Shown piece after piece: positions 15,986 through 24,554 of a stretch of DNA of 24,782 bases. Below the pieces are notes generated by a model that worked only from the letters and a program-made list of their open reading frames with translations, was not told the DNA's origin and did no database searches. Location of the stretch: NCBI GenBank assembly GCA_963789955.1, contig CAWBMV010000024.1:1-24782 (forward strand). Direction: 5' to 3'. Numbering within the stretch: position 1 is the stretch's first letter; the number at the start of each line of letters is the position of its first letter. The stretch comes from an uncultured Candidatus Rokubacteria bacterium (lineage in GTDB: Bacteria > Methylomirabilota > Methylomirabilia > Rokubacteriales > CSP1-6). The position numbers were made by a program, and so were the translations under genes.

Positions 15986-18703
15986 GTGAGTCGGTGGTCT
16001 CGATTGATCGCGGCCGCGTCGCCGCTTGTCGCCGTCTTCACTCTCGTCGTGCTCGTCATGCCGGTCACCAGGCCCGAGGCCGCCGCGCCCGAAGGCCAGC
16101 TGACCTATGCGTTTCACGTCACCCTGGCGCCCCGCTGGCTCGACCCGGGTGAGACCGAATCCGCCATCACCCCCTTCAAGGTTCTGTACGCGATCCACGA
16201 CGCGCTGGTGAAGCCCATGCCGGGCGGCCAGACCACGCCGTGTCTCGCGGAGTCGTGGTCGGTCACACCGGACGGCACGAGCTACACGTTCGTCCTGCGA
16301 CAGAACATCAAGTTCCACAACGGCGAGCCCGTCACCGCCGAAGACGTCAAGTTCTCGTTCGATCGCTACAAGGGCGGCGCGGCGAAGCTCCTGAAGGAGA
16401 AGGTCAAGGACGTCCAGGTGCTCGACGCCCGCCGGGTGAAGTTCGTCCTGCGTGAGGCGTGGCCCGACTTCATGACGTTCTACGGGACCACCGCGACCGG
16501 CGCGGGCTGGGTCGTGCCGAAAAAGTACGTCGAGAAGGTCGGCGACGATGGCTTCAAGAAGGCGCCGATCGGCGCCGGGCCCTACCGGTTCGTGAGCTCG
16601 ACTCCCGGCGTCGAGATCGTCGTCGAGGCCTTCGACGGCTACTGGCGCAAGACGCCGAGCGTGAAGCGCCTCATCTTCAAGAGCGTCCCGGACGAGACCA
16701 CGCGCGCGGCCGCGCTCAAGCGCGGTGAGGCGGAAGTCGTCTACTTCCTGACCGGTCCGGTGGCGCAGGACGTCCAGCGGACACCCGGGCTCAAGCTCAG
16801 CGCGGTCCGGACCAATACCGTCATCTTCCTCGACTTCACGGAGCAGTGGGATCCGAAGTCTCCCTGGCACGACCAGCGTGTTCGTCTGGCCGCGAGTCTC
16901 GCGATCGACCGGAAGACCTTGAACGAGGCCGAGCAGCTCGGCTTCGCCGGCATCACCGGGAACATCGTCCCGCGCCACATGGAGTTCGCGCTGCCGATCG
17001 AGGCGCACCCGTACGATCCCAAGCGCGCCAAGCAGCTCCTGGTCGAGGCCGGCTACCCGAACGGCTTCGACGCAGGCGATCTCACGCCCAACCCGCCCTA
17101 CTTCTCGATGGCGGAAGCGATCGCCGGCAACCTCGGCGCCGTCGGCATCCGCACGCGCGTGCGCACGATGGAGCGTGCCGCGTTCCTGGCCACCTGGGCC
17201 GAGAAGAAGCTGCGCGGCATCGTGATGGGCGCGCAGGGTGCCGGCGGCAACGCGGCCACCCGCATCGAGGGCCTCGCGACGAAGGAAGGGCGCTACGCGT
17301 ACGGCGTCCTGCCGGAGGTCGAGGATCTCTTCCAGCGCCAGGCGAAGGAGCTCGACCGGAAGAAGCGCGAGCAGATGCTGCATCAGATCCAGAAGATCTT
17401 GAGCGATCGGGTGGTATTCGCTCCGATCTGGGAGAATGGATTCATTCGAGGCGTGGGACCCAAGGTGGAGGAGCCGGCCCTCACCCTGATCCCCGCTTTC
17501 CCGTACTCGGCGCCGTACGAGGACGTCCGGCTCGAGAACGGCCATAAGAGAGTGAGGACCGCCATGCACTACACGCGAATCTCGGCCGACTGCCACATCG
17601 ACCTGCCCTGGATTCCGCCCGACCTGTTCACCTCGAACGCGTCGGCCGCGATGAAGGAGCGGATGCCGTACGTCACGGACGGCCCGGACGGTCCACACTG
17701 GACCTGCCGCAACGGCGGATCCTTCGGCCTCATGAACGGCGTCGGCCCGGCCGGCGCGAAGTACGTCCCGGGCTCGCACTATCGGGTCGACGTGATGGCC
17801 TCGACCGGGCTCTACGAGGACGGCAAGAAGGGCATCCGCCGTCCGACCGACCCGGCCCTGCGCGTGAAGGACATGGACCGCGACGGGGTCCAGGCCGAAG
17901 TGATCTACGGCATCCTCGGCGCCGCGACGCGGCTCAACGACGCGGAGGCCGCCAACGAGATGTTCCGGATCTACAACGACTGGCTGAAGAACTTCTGCAG
18001 CCACTATCCCGATCGCTACATCGGACTGGCCTGCCTGCCCTACGGCGACATCGACGCCGCGGTGAAGGAGATCTACCGCGTGGCGAAGCTCGGGCTTCGC
18101 GGCATGGAGCTCTCGTGCTCGTGGGACATGGAGCCCATGTGGCATCCGGTCTGGGAGCCGCTCTGGAAGGCCGTGAACGACGTGAACCTGCCGCTCCACT
18201 TCCACACGTTCCCGGCGCTCCCGCCCGGCAAGCTCGATACGCAGAAGGGGCTCACGCGCCGCGCGGCGTTCTTCACCGTCGTGTCCGGCTTCCAGATGAA
18301 CCTCGTCAACATTCTGGCCGCGGTCATCGGCGCCGCCGTGCTCGAGCGCTATCCGAACGTCCGCATCTCGTTCGGCGAGAGCGGCATCGGCTGGATCCCC
18401 TACGCGCTCGACCGCATGGACTTCGAGTGGGAGGATCGCTTCCGCGATCTCGGCCTCACGATGAAGCCGAGCGACTACTGGCGCCGGCAGTGCAAGGGCA
18501 CCTTCCAGTTCGACCGCATCGGCACCAAGCTCATCGAGGACATGGGCGTCGAGACGCTCATGTGGGGCTCCGACTACCCGCACGGCGACGGCGTGTGGCC
18601 CGAGTCGTCGAAGTACATCGAGGAGCAGTTCGGCCACCTGCCGGCCGACGTCACGCACAAGATCACCTGCGAGAACGCGGGCAAGTTCTACGGGCTGCTG
18701 TGA
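15986..18703 (+). CDS. as sequenced: family-5 ABC substrate-binding protein (about 15986-17547) fused in frame to an amidohydrolase; probably two genes
   Basis: The signal peptide is followed by LAESW, KFHNGEPVTAEDVKFS, PIGAGPYRF and AKQLLVEAGY, ending PYEDVRL. A 9-aa linker then leads into the amidohydrolase. There is an out-of-frame TAA at 17545-17547 and an internal RBS/ATG. Confidence 0.75.
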   Translation: MSRWSRLIAAASPLVAVFTLVVLVMPVTRPEAAAPEGQLTYAFHVTLAPRWLDPGETESAITPFKVLYAIHDALVKPMPGGQTTPCLAESWSVTPDGTSYTFVLRQNIKFHNGEPVTAEDVKFSFDRYKGGAAKLLKEKVKDVQVLDARRVKFVLREAWPDFMTFYGTTATGAGWVVPKKYVEKVGDDGFKKAPIGAGPYRFVSSTPGVEIVVEAFDGYWRKTPSVKRLIFKSVPDETTRAAALKRGEAEVVYFLTGPVAQDVQRTPGLKLSAVRTNTVIFLDFTEQWDPKSPWHDQRVRLAASLAIDRKTLNEAEQLGFAGITGNIVPRHMEFALPIEAHPYDPKRAKQLLVEAGYPNGFDAGDLTPNPPYFSMAEAIAGNLGAVGIRTRVRTMERAAFLATWAEKKLRGIVMGAQGAGGNAATRIEGLATKEGRYAYGVLPEVEDLFQRQAKELDRKKREQMLHQIQKILSDRVVFAPIWENGFIRGVGPKVEEPALTLIPAFPYSAPYEDVRLENGHKRVRTAMHYTRISADCHIDLPWIPPDLFTSNASAAMKERMPYVTDGPDGPHWTCRNGGSFGLMNGVGPAGAKYVPGSHYRVDVMASTGLYEDGKKGIRRPTDPALRVKDMDRDGVQAEVIYGILGAATRLNDAEAANEMFRIYNDWLKNFCSHYPDRYIGLACLPYGDIDAAVKEIYRVAKLGLRGMELSCSWDMEPMWHPVWEPLWKAVNDVNLPLHFHTFPALPPGKLDTQKGLTRRAAFFTVVSGFQMNLVNILAAVIGAAVLERYPNVRISFGESGIGWIPYALDRMDFEWEDRFRDLGLTMKPSDYWRRQCKGTFQFDRIGTKLIEDMGVETLMWGSDYPHGDGVWPESSKYIEEQFGHLPADVTHKITCENAGKFYGLL
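17564..18703 (+). CDS. metal-dependent amidohydrolase family protein (Amidohydro_2, LigW/ACMSD-like fold)
   Basis: GAGGA RBS at 17554-17558. ISADCH, DMDRDGV, YNDWL, LHFH, GESGIGWIP, MWGSDYPH and ENAGKFY. 379 aa. Confidence 0.85.
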   Translation: MHYTRISADCHIDLPWIPPDLFTSNASAAMKERMPYVTDGPDGPHWTCRNGGSFGLMNGVGPAGAKYVPGSHYRVDVMASTGLYEDGKKGIRRPTDPALRVKDMDRDGVQAEVIYGILGAATRLNDAEAANEMFRIYNDWLKNFCSHYPDRYIGLACLPYGDIDAAVKEIYRVAKLGLRGMELSCSWDMEPMWHPVWEPLWKAVNDVNLPLHFHTFPALPPGKLDTQKGLTRRAAFFTVVSGFQMNLVNILAAVIGAAVLERYPNVRISFGESGIGWIPYALDRMDFEWEDRFRDLGLTMKPSDYWRRQCKGTFQFDRIGTKLIEDMGVETLMWGSDYPHGDGVWPESSKYIEEQFGHLPADVTHKITCENAGKFYGLL

Positions 18704-18783
18704 GGCAGACGTTCGTGGCCTTCCTCGCACGACCCGACTTCAAGCCGAAGCTGGCGGCGGCCGGTCTCGACTACAAGGAGTAG
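18700..18783 (+). pseudogene. 27-codon remnant resembling the C-terminus of a ModA-like periplasmic binding protein
   Basis: GTGA overlap with the upstream stop. VRQTFVAFLARPDFKPKLAAAGLDYKE*, with strongly coding-like GC3 usage. The FVxFL...P......AAG pattern recalls ModA/PBP2 C-terminal helices. Confidence 0.45.
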
Positions 18784-18789
18784 ACGAGG

Positions 18790-19611
18790 TCACCGGCCCG
18801 CGCCCTGCTGCGGGTCGAGCCAGTCGCGCAAGCCGTCGGCGAGCATGTTGAAGCCGAGCACGGCGATCAGGATCGCCAGCCCCGGGAACACGACCACCCA
18901 CGGCGCCTGCAGCATGAATCCGCGCCCGTCCGAGAGCATCAGCCCGAGCGACGGCGTGGGCGGCCGCACGCCCACGCCGAGGAACGACAGCGCCGCCTCG
19001 ACGAGGATCGCGATCGCCATCAGCACCGAGGCCTGAACGAGCAACGGCGTCACACAGTTCGGCACGATGTGACGCAACAGCAGCCGTCGGGCCGTCGCGC
19101 CGACGGCCCGCGCGCCCTCCACGTACACTTCGGCCTTGGTCGCCAGCACCGCCGCCCGCACGACGCGCGCCACGATCGGCACGTAGACGATCGCGAGCGC
19201 CAGGGACACGAGCAGCACGCCCGTGCCGAACACGCTCGTGAGCGCGATGGCCAGCAGGATCGCCGGGAACGCCATCAGGATGTCGAGCGGCCGCATGATG
19301 AGCTGGTCGAGCACGCCTTCGGCGTAGCCGGCCAGGAGCCCGAGCGGCAGTCCCAGGAACACGGCCATCGCGACCGACGCCAGCGCCACGCCCAGCGAGA
19401 CGCGATAGCCGTGGATCACCCGGCTCAGCACGCTCCGCCCGAGATCGTCCATGCCGAACGGCTCGACGACCGTCGGGGCCCGCAGCGCCGCGGCGCTGGT
19501 GATCTCGGTCGGGCTCCCCGGCAGCACCAGCGGCGCCGCGATAGCCAATAGCGCGAGCAGGACCACGACGGCAAGGCCGGTCATCGCGACTGCCGACGTC
19601 CGGCCGCTCAT
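18790..19611 (-). CDS. peptide/nickel ABC transporter permease (DppC/OppC-like)
   Basis: PFGMDDLGRSVLSRVIHG, EAA-like loop YVEGARAVGA, RHIVPN and LSFLGVG..PP.PSLG. 273 aa. Confidence 0.92.
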   Translation of the reverse strand: MSGRTSAVAMTGLAVVVLLALLAIAAPLVLPGSPTEITSAAALRAPTVVEPFGMDDLGRSVLSRVIHGYRVSLGVALASVAMAVFLGLPLGLLAGYAEGVLDQLIMRPLDILMAFPAILLAIALTSVFGTGVLLVSLALAIVYVPIVARVVRAAVLATKAEVYVEGARAVGATARRLLLRHIVPNCVTPLLVQASVLMAIAILVEAALSFLGVGVRPPTPSLGLMLSDGRGFMLQAPWVVVFPGLAILIAVLGFNMLADGLRDWLDPQQGAGR

Positions 19612-20558
19612 CGGCGGCGAAGCCTCGGATCGAGGAGCCCATAGACGACGTCGGTCGCCAGGTTCACGAGCATGAACATCGCGCCCACGACGAGGAGACC
19701 GCTCTGCACGACCGGGTAGTTGCGCTCGAGCACCGCGTCCAGGGTCATCCGGCCGAGCCCGGGTAACGTGAAAATGGTTTCGACGACGATCGCGCCACCG
19801 AGCATGTAGCCGACCTGGAGCCCGATCACCGTCACGATCGGGATCGCGGCGTTCGGGAGCACGTGGCGCACGAGAATCGCGGCTTCGCTGAGCCCCTTGG
19901 CGCGCGCGAACTGCACGAACGGCCGATGCACGACGTCGAGCACCGCGGCGCGCGTGAGCCGGCCGAGCGCCGCCGCACGGCTCGCCGCGAGGGTGAGCGT
20001 GGGGAGCGCCAGGTACCAGAGGTTCTCGAGCGGTGCCTCGGCGAACGGCACGAAACCGCTCGACGGCATGATGCCCGCCGCCAGCGACAGGACGAGAATC
20101 AGCATGATGCCGAGCCAGAAGTCCGGGAGCGAGATGCCCAGGAGCCCGAGCGCCAGGGAGGCCCGGTCGGCGGTGCCACCTCGCCGCGCGCCGGCCAGGA
20201 GCCCGAGCGGCACGCCGATCAGCGCCGCGACCAGCGCGGCGAGCAACGTCAGCTCGATCGTGACCGGCAGCCGATCGACGATCATCCGGCCGATCGGCTC
20301 GTTCTGGCGAAAGTCGATGCCGAAGTCGCCGCGCAGGACGCCGGCCAGCCAGCGCGCGTACTGGGTCGGCAGGGACTCGTCGAGGTGGAAGGTCTCGCGC
20401 ATCGCTCGGATGCTCTCGGGCGTCGCCTTGTAGCCGAGGACGACGACGGCCGGATCGCCCGGGATCACGCGCATGAGCCCGAACACCAGCACGCTCATTC
20501 CGAGCAGCAGCGGCGCGGCCAGCGCGAGCCGCCGCACCACGTAGATCAGTGACGCCAT
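19608..20558 (-). CDS. peptide/nickel ABC transporter permease (DppB/OppB-like)
   Basis: IPGDP, GDFG, ARAKGL..RHVLPNA, VVETIFTLPGLG and RNYPVVQ. 316 aa. ATGA-coupled to the downstream permease. Confidence 0.93.
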   Translation of the reverse strand: MASLIYVVRRLALAAPLLLGMSVLVFGLMRVIPGDPAVVVLGYKATPESIRAMRETFHLDESLPTQYARWLAGVLRGDFGIDFRQNEPIGRMIVDRLPVTIELTLLAALVAALIGVPLGLLAGARRGGTADRASLALGLLGISLPDFWLGIMLILVLSLAAGIMPSSGFVPFAEAPLENLWYLALPTLTLAASRAAALGRLTRAAVLDVVHRPFVQFARAKGLSEAAILVRHVLPNAAIPIVTVIGLQVGYMLGGAIVVETIFTLPGLGRMTLDAVLERNYPVVQSGLLVVGAMFMLVNLATDVVYGLLDPRLRRR

Positions 20559-20575
20559 GAGCGTCTATATGCGCG

Positions 20576-20620
20576 CCTCGGCCGGCGGGTCCCAGCCCCG
20601 CGACGGCCTGCGGCGCGCAC
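20576..20620. repeat. 45-bp GC-rich palindromic intergenic repeat (REP-like), copy 2
   Basis: cctcggccggcgggtcccagccccgcgacggcctgcggcgcgcac. It lies between the SBP stop and the permease start. Confidence 0.85.
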
Positions 20621-20629
20621 TGCCACGGA

Positions 20630-22180
20630 CTAGGCGAGCCAGGCGTCCTCGAAGCGGAGCTCGAGCGACGAGAGCGGGACCACGCCGTTCACGTTGGGCT
20701 TCATCCAGTAGCGCTGGATCTCGTTGCTGAAGACGATCAGCGAGCCTTCTTCCTGGAACCAGCGCACCAGCTCGGGGTACATCTTCTTGCGCGCCGCCGG
20801 GCTCGCCGTGTAGCGGAAGGCGTCCAGGCGCTTGTCGGCTTCTTCCGACTTGAAGCCGGTGAAGTTCCAGGGCGACGTCGAGTGCTGCATCGGGTTGTAG
20901 AACATGTCGGGATCGACGGTGACACTCCACCACGCCCCGGCGATGTCGAACTTCTTGCCGACCAGCGCCTCGAAGTACTGCCCGGACTCGACCGGCTGGA
21001 CCTCGAGCGTGATGCCGATCTTCTTCAGCTGCTCGCGCAGGATCTCGCCCGTCTTGACCAGCACCGGCACCTGCGATTTGACGAGGTAGGTCAGGGTCAA
21101 CCCGCCGCCGACGCCGGCCTCGTTCATGAGCTGCTTGGCCTTCGCGAGATCGGGCCCGCCCTTGTGGGCGTTCACCCCGGTCGCCCAGATGCTCGGCTCC
21201 GGCGTGGGCTCGGCGGTGACGACGTGGCTGCCGAAGTAGACGAGCTTCACGATCTCGGCGCGATCGACGGCCCACGCGATCGCCTGACGAAGACGCTTGT
21301 CGGCGAGCGGCGGCTTGCTCGCGTTGAGCATGAAATAGAACGGAAAGTACGGCCGGCCCGGTGACGACTTCATGTCGCGCGCACGCTCCAGCTCGCCGAT
21401 GCGCTGGGGCGGGACCGTCTGGATCCAGTTGAAGCGCCCGGTCTGAAGCCCGGTGAGCCGCACGGTGTCGTCGGGCGGCGAGTAGAAGATGATCTTGTCG
21501 AGGTACGGGCGCCCGGGCCGATGGTATTTGTCCCAGCGCTCGAGCGTGATGTGGTCGTCCTTCACCCACTCGGCGAAGCGATAGGGTCCGGTGCCGATCG
21601 GGAACAGCTTCGGGTCCTTCTCCTGGAGCGCCTTCTCGTTCACGACCTCGGTGGCCTGCGCGAGCATCGCCAGGAGCGGACCGCACGAGCGGCTCAGGTG
21701 GAAGCGCGCCTGGTGCTGGCCGACCGCCTCCACGCCCTCGATCGGCGTGAAGAAGATGCGCATCGGGAGCTTGTTCTTCGCGTCGAGGATGCGGGCGAAC
21801 GTGAAGGCGACGTCCTTGGCTGTGAACGGCTCGCCGTTGTGGAACGTGGCGTTGTCGACCAGGTCGAAGAGCCACGTCTTGTCGTCTTCCTGCTTCCACG
21901 ACTTCGCCAGGCCCGGGATGAACTGGCCGGCCTCGTCCACGTAGACGAGCTTGTTGTAGACGTTCTGGTAGACCTGCAGCGACGAGTAGAGCTGGGCGTA
22001 GCCGGGATCCATGTTCACGGGCTTGTCGACGGTGGCGACGCGGAGCACGCCGCCGCGCTTGGGCTGCCCCTGAGCGGCCGCGAGCCTGACGCCGGTTTCC
22101 CCGACGAGCGAGCCGATCCCCGCTCCGACCGCGAGCCCGCCCGTTCTATGGAGCCACTCACGCCTCGTGATCTCGCTCAT
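20630..22180 (-). CDS. family-5 ABC substrate-binding protein with Tat signal
   Basis: Start MSEITRREWL at 22180 with GGAGGA RBS. PKRGGVL, PGLAKSW, FHNGEPFTAKDV and PIGTGPYRF. 516 aa. Confidence 0.92.
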   Translation of the reverse strand: MSEITRREWLHRTGGLAVGAGIGSLVGETGVRLAAAQGQPKRGGVLRVATVDKPVNMDPGYAQLYSSLQVYQNVYNKLVYVDEAGQFIPGLAKSWKQEDDKTWLFDLVDNATFHNGEPFTAKDVAFTFARILDAKNKLPMRIFFTPIEGVEAVGQHQARFHLSRSCGPLLAMLAQATEVVNEKALQEKDPKLFPIGTGPYRFAEWVKDDHITLERWDKYHRPGRPYLDKIIFYSPPDDTVRLTGLQTGRFNWIQTVPPQRIGELERARDMKSSPGRPYFPFYFMLNASKPPLADKRLRQAIAWAVDRAEIVKLVYFGSHVVTAEPTPEPSIWATGVNAHKGGPDLAKAKQLMNEAGVGGGLTLTYLVKSQVPVLVKTGEILREQLKKIGITLEVQPVESGQYFEALVGKKFDIAGAWWSVTVDPDMFYNPMQHSTSPWNFTGFKSEEADKRLDAFRYTASPAARKKMYPELVRWFQEEGSLIVFSNEIQRYWMKPNVNGVVPLSSLELRFEDAWLA

Positions 22181-23373
22181 CGCCCGTTCCTCCCGAAGAG
22201 CTCCCTGATAGGGCACTCCATCCTTCATGACCAGGCTCACGCGCCGCATGCGCCTGGATGTCCTTCAGCGGGTCGCCGTCGATCGCGATCAGGTCGGCGC
22301 GCTTGCCCGGCACCAACGTCCCGATCTGGTCGTCGACCCGACACGCCTCGGCGCCCCAGCGCGTGCCGGCCAGCAGCGCGTCGCGCGGCGACACGCCGAA
22401 GCTGACGAGCGTCTCCAGCTCGATCGGCATCAGCCCGTGCATGCTGTCGGTGCCGCACGCGAAGCGGATGCCCGAGGCCAGGTGACGTGGAAAGGTCTCC
22501 CCGGCCACCCGCCGAGCCCAGCGCACCTTGTCCATGATGACCGGACGCTGACCGTCGCCCTGCTCGATGCCGGTCGGGTGCATGAAGATCGAGAACGTGC
22601 AGATGAGCCACACGCGACGCTCGATCATCAGCGCGATGTCCTCGTCGCCGGCCAGGAGCCCGTGCTCGATCGTGCCCACGCCTTCTTCCACCGCGAGGCG
22701 CAGCCCGGCCCCGCCGTGGGCGTGCGCGGCGGCGTACGTGCCGGCGCGGTGCGCTTCTTCGACGGCCGCCCGAATCTCCTCGCGCGTGTAGGCGCTCGAC
22801 GTCGACATCGCGCCCGGGCGAGCTGACCCCGCCGGTGACGAAGATCTTCACGTGGTTCGCGCCGCGCCGAAGATTCTCGCGCGCGCCGCGCCGCACTTCG
22901 TCCACGCCGTCGTAGCTGGCGAGCGCGCGGCCGTGGCCGTTATTGGCGGCGAGCCCACGCCCGGCGACCAGCAAGCGCGGCCCGGCGATCACACCGGCCT
23001 CGATCGCGTCGCGAACCTCGATGTCGAGGAAGTGCTCCTCGCCCATGATCCGCATCGTCGTGGTCCCCGCGGCGAGATCCGTTCTGAGATTCGCGGTGGC
23101 GGCGAGCGCCTGGGGCACGGGACCGCGGCAGAGCTGACCGAGCTGATCGCCCAGGCCCGGCACGATCGAGGCATGGCTGTGGCAGTCGATGAGCCCGGGC
23201 ATGACGAAGCGGTTCGTGAGGTCGAGCGTATCGGCGCCTGGAGGCGCCGGCGTGCGGTCGGCCGGTCCGACGGCGGCGATCCGATTGCCGTCGACGACGA
23301 CCACCGCGTTCCGGATCGGCGCCTGAGCGACACCGTCAAAGAGCGTGCCGCAGCGGATCACGCGAATACTCAC
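22177..23373 (-). pseudogene. metal-dependent amidohydrolase (Xaa-Pro dipeptidase-like), frameshifted as sequenced
   Basis: MPGLIDCHSH...VKIFVTGG is in one frame, AAHAHG...TIEHG...GTD...GKRADLI..GDPL in a second, and RRVSLVMKDG in a third. Breaks lie at about 22814 and 22250, and probably about 22204. This could be an intact gene with consensus errors. Confidence 0.8.
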
Positions 23374-23448
23374 GCGCCAGGCCTTCTGTCGGTCGCGTTC
23401 GGCGTCATCGGCCCAAATCTCCGGGCCACGAGTATACGCGGTCGCCCC

Positions 23449-24549
23449 TCAAGACACGCCCCAGACCTCGCGGGCGGTCTCGGTCACGAGCGCGAGCTTG
23501 GCCTCCTGGTCGGCCGCCGTGATCAGGTTCCCCTCTTCGGTCGAGGCGAACCCGCACTGCGGGCTCAACGCGAGCCGTTCAAGCGGCACGAAGGCCGCGG
23601 CCTCGCGGATCCGGCGCTCGAGCTCTCCCCGACTTTCCAGCGCGGCATGCTTGGTCGTGACCAGTCCGAGCACGACGGTCCGGTCGTCGGGCACGTTCTT
23701 CAGCGGCTCGAAGCTCCCGGAGCGCGCGTCGTCGTATTCCAGCAAGAAGCGCGAGAACCGGCTCGCGCGAAAGACCTTCGCGGCGATCGGGTCGTAGCCG
23801 CCGCTGCCGAGGAATTTGCTCTGATTGTTGCCGCGACACAGATGCAGCGCGAACGTGACCCCCGGATGGTTGCCGATGACCGCGTTGTCCATCTCGACAC
23901 CGAGGTCGATCAGGCGCTCCGGGTCCGTCCCGCGGCTCCGATAGCCTTCGCGGGTGGCCGGGTCCATCACGAGCGTGTACGGCGGGCCGTCCATCTGGAT
24001 GTAGGTGCAGCCCAGACGTACGAGCTCGTCCACCTCGCCGCGCAGGATGTCGACGGCGTCGCTCAGATAGGCGTCGCGTGTCGGGTAGGCGCCGGCCGAC
24101 TTGTCCGGATCGTAGTAGGACGTCGTGTTCAAGGCACTGATCAACGTCGCCTTGGTCGGCCGCTCGGTGCGCGCCCGGAGGTACGTGAACTCCTCGGCGC
24201 ACAGATGGCGCCGGCGCCTGAGGCGCGAGACCACGACGGCACGCTGGAAGAGGAGCTCGTGGCCCTGCTCGTCCCGGAAGGGAACCGCCCAGCCGCCGAA
24301 CTTGTCGAAGCCTTCGATCGAATCGATGAAGTGGCCGAAGTACGCGTAGCGCCGCATCTCGCCGTCGGTGAGCACCGACACGCCGGCCCGTGCCTGGATC
24401 CGCACGGCGTCGTCGACGGCGCGGTCCTCCGCGCGCTTGAGCTCGGCGTCGGTGATGGAGCCCGGCGCGTGGCGCCGGCGAGCGTCCTTGAGGTAGGCGG
24501 GACGCAGTAGGCTGCCGATCACCTCGGCACGATACGCGTTCCGCGGCAT
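23449..24549 (-). CDS. cobalamin-independent methionine synthase II family protein (single catalytic barrel, YxjH-like)
   Basis: AEVIGSLLRP, TDGEMRR, Zn-site motifs HLCRGN, LEYD and SPQCGFAS. Lacks the N-terminal MetE barrel. Likely start is ATG 24549. 366 aa. Confidence 0.88.
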   Translation of the reverse strand: MPRNAYRAEVIGSLLRPAYLKDARRRHAPGSITDAELKRAEDRAVDDAVRIQARAGVSVLTDGEMRRYAYFGHFIDSIEGFDKFGGWAVPFRDEQGHELLFQRAVVVSRLRRRRHLCAEEFTYLRARTERPTKATLISALNTTSYYDPDKSAGAYPTRDAYLSDAVDILRGEVDELVRLGCTYIQMDGPPYTLVMDPATREGYRSRGTDPERLIDLGVEMDNAVIGNHPGVTFALHLCRGNNQSKFLGSGGYDPIAAKVFRASRFSRFLLEYDDARSGSFEPLKNVPDDRTVVLGLVTTKHAALESRGELERRIREAAAFVPLERLALSPQCGFASTEEGNLITAADQEAKLALVTETAREVWGVS

Positions 24550-24554
24550 CGCCG

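Noticed and set aside
14885..18730. 1281-aa minus-strand ORF and other long shadow ORFs (10836-12869 -, 5206-6795 +, 6549-8234 +, 3517-5172 +, 22852-24510 +)
   Set aside because: They are antisense to well-supported genes, have no recognisable motifs, and are expected from stop-codon scarcity in high-GC coding DNA.
15886..20620. The two 45-bp repeats as CRISPR repeats or as ends of a mobile element
   Set aside because: There are only two copies 4.7 kb apart, with no spacers, cas genes, transposase or integrase. The enclosed segment would also cut the dpp-like operon between its SBP and permeases.
22181..22249. 23-aa N-terminal extension of the SBP in the ORF track (MRRVSLVMKDG...)
   Set aside because: It is the C-terminal beta-strand of the upstream amidohydrolase. 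The SBP starts at 22180 with an RBS and Tat motif.
23431..23436. TATACT -10-like hexamer upstream of the amidohydrolase (minus strand)
   Set aside because: There is no -35 at 16-18 bp and no extended TG, so the evidence is too weak to call a promoter.
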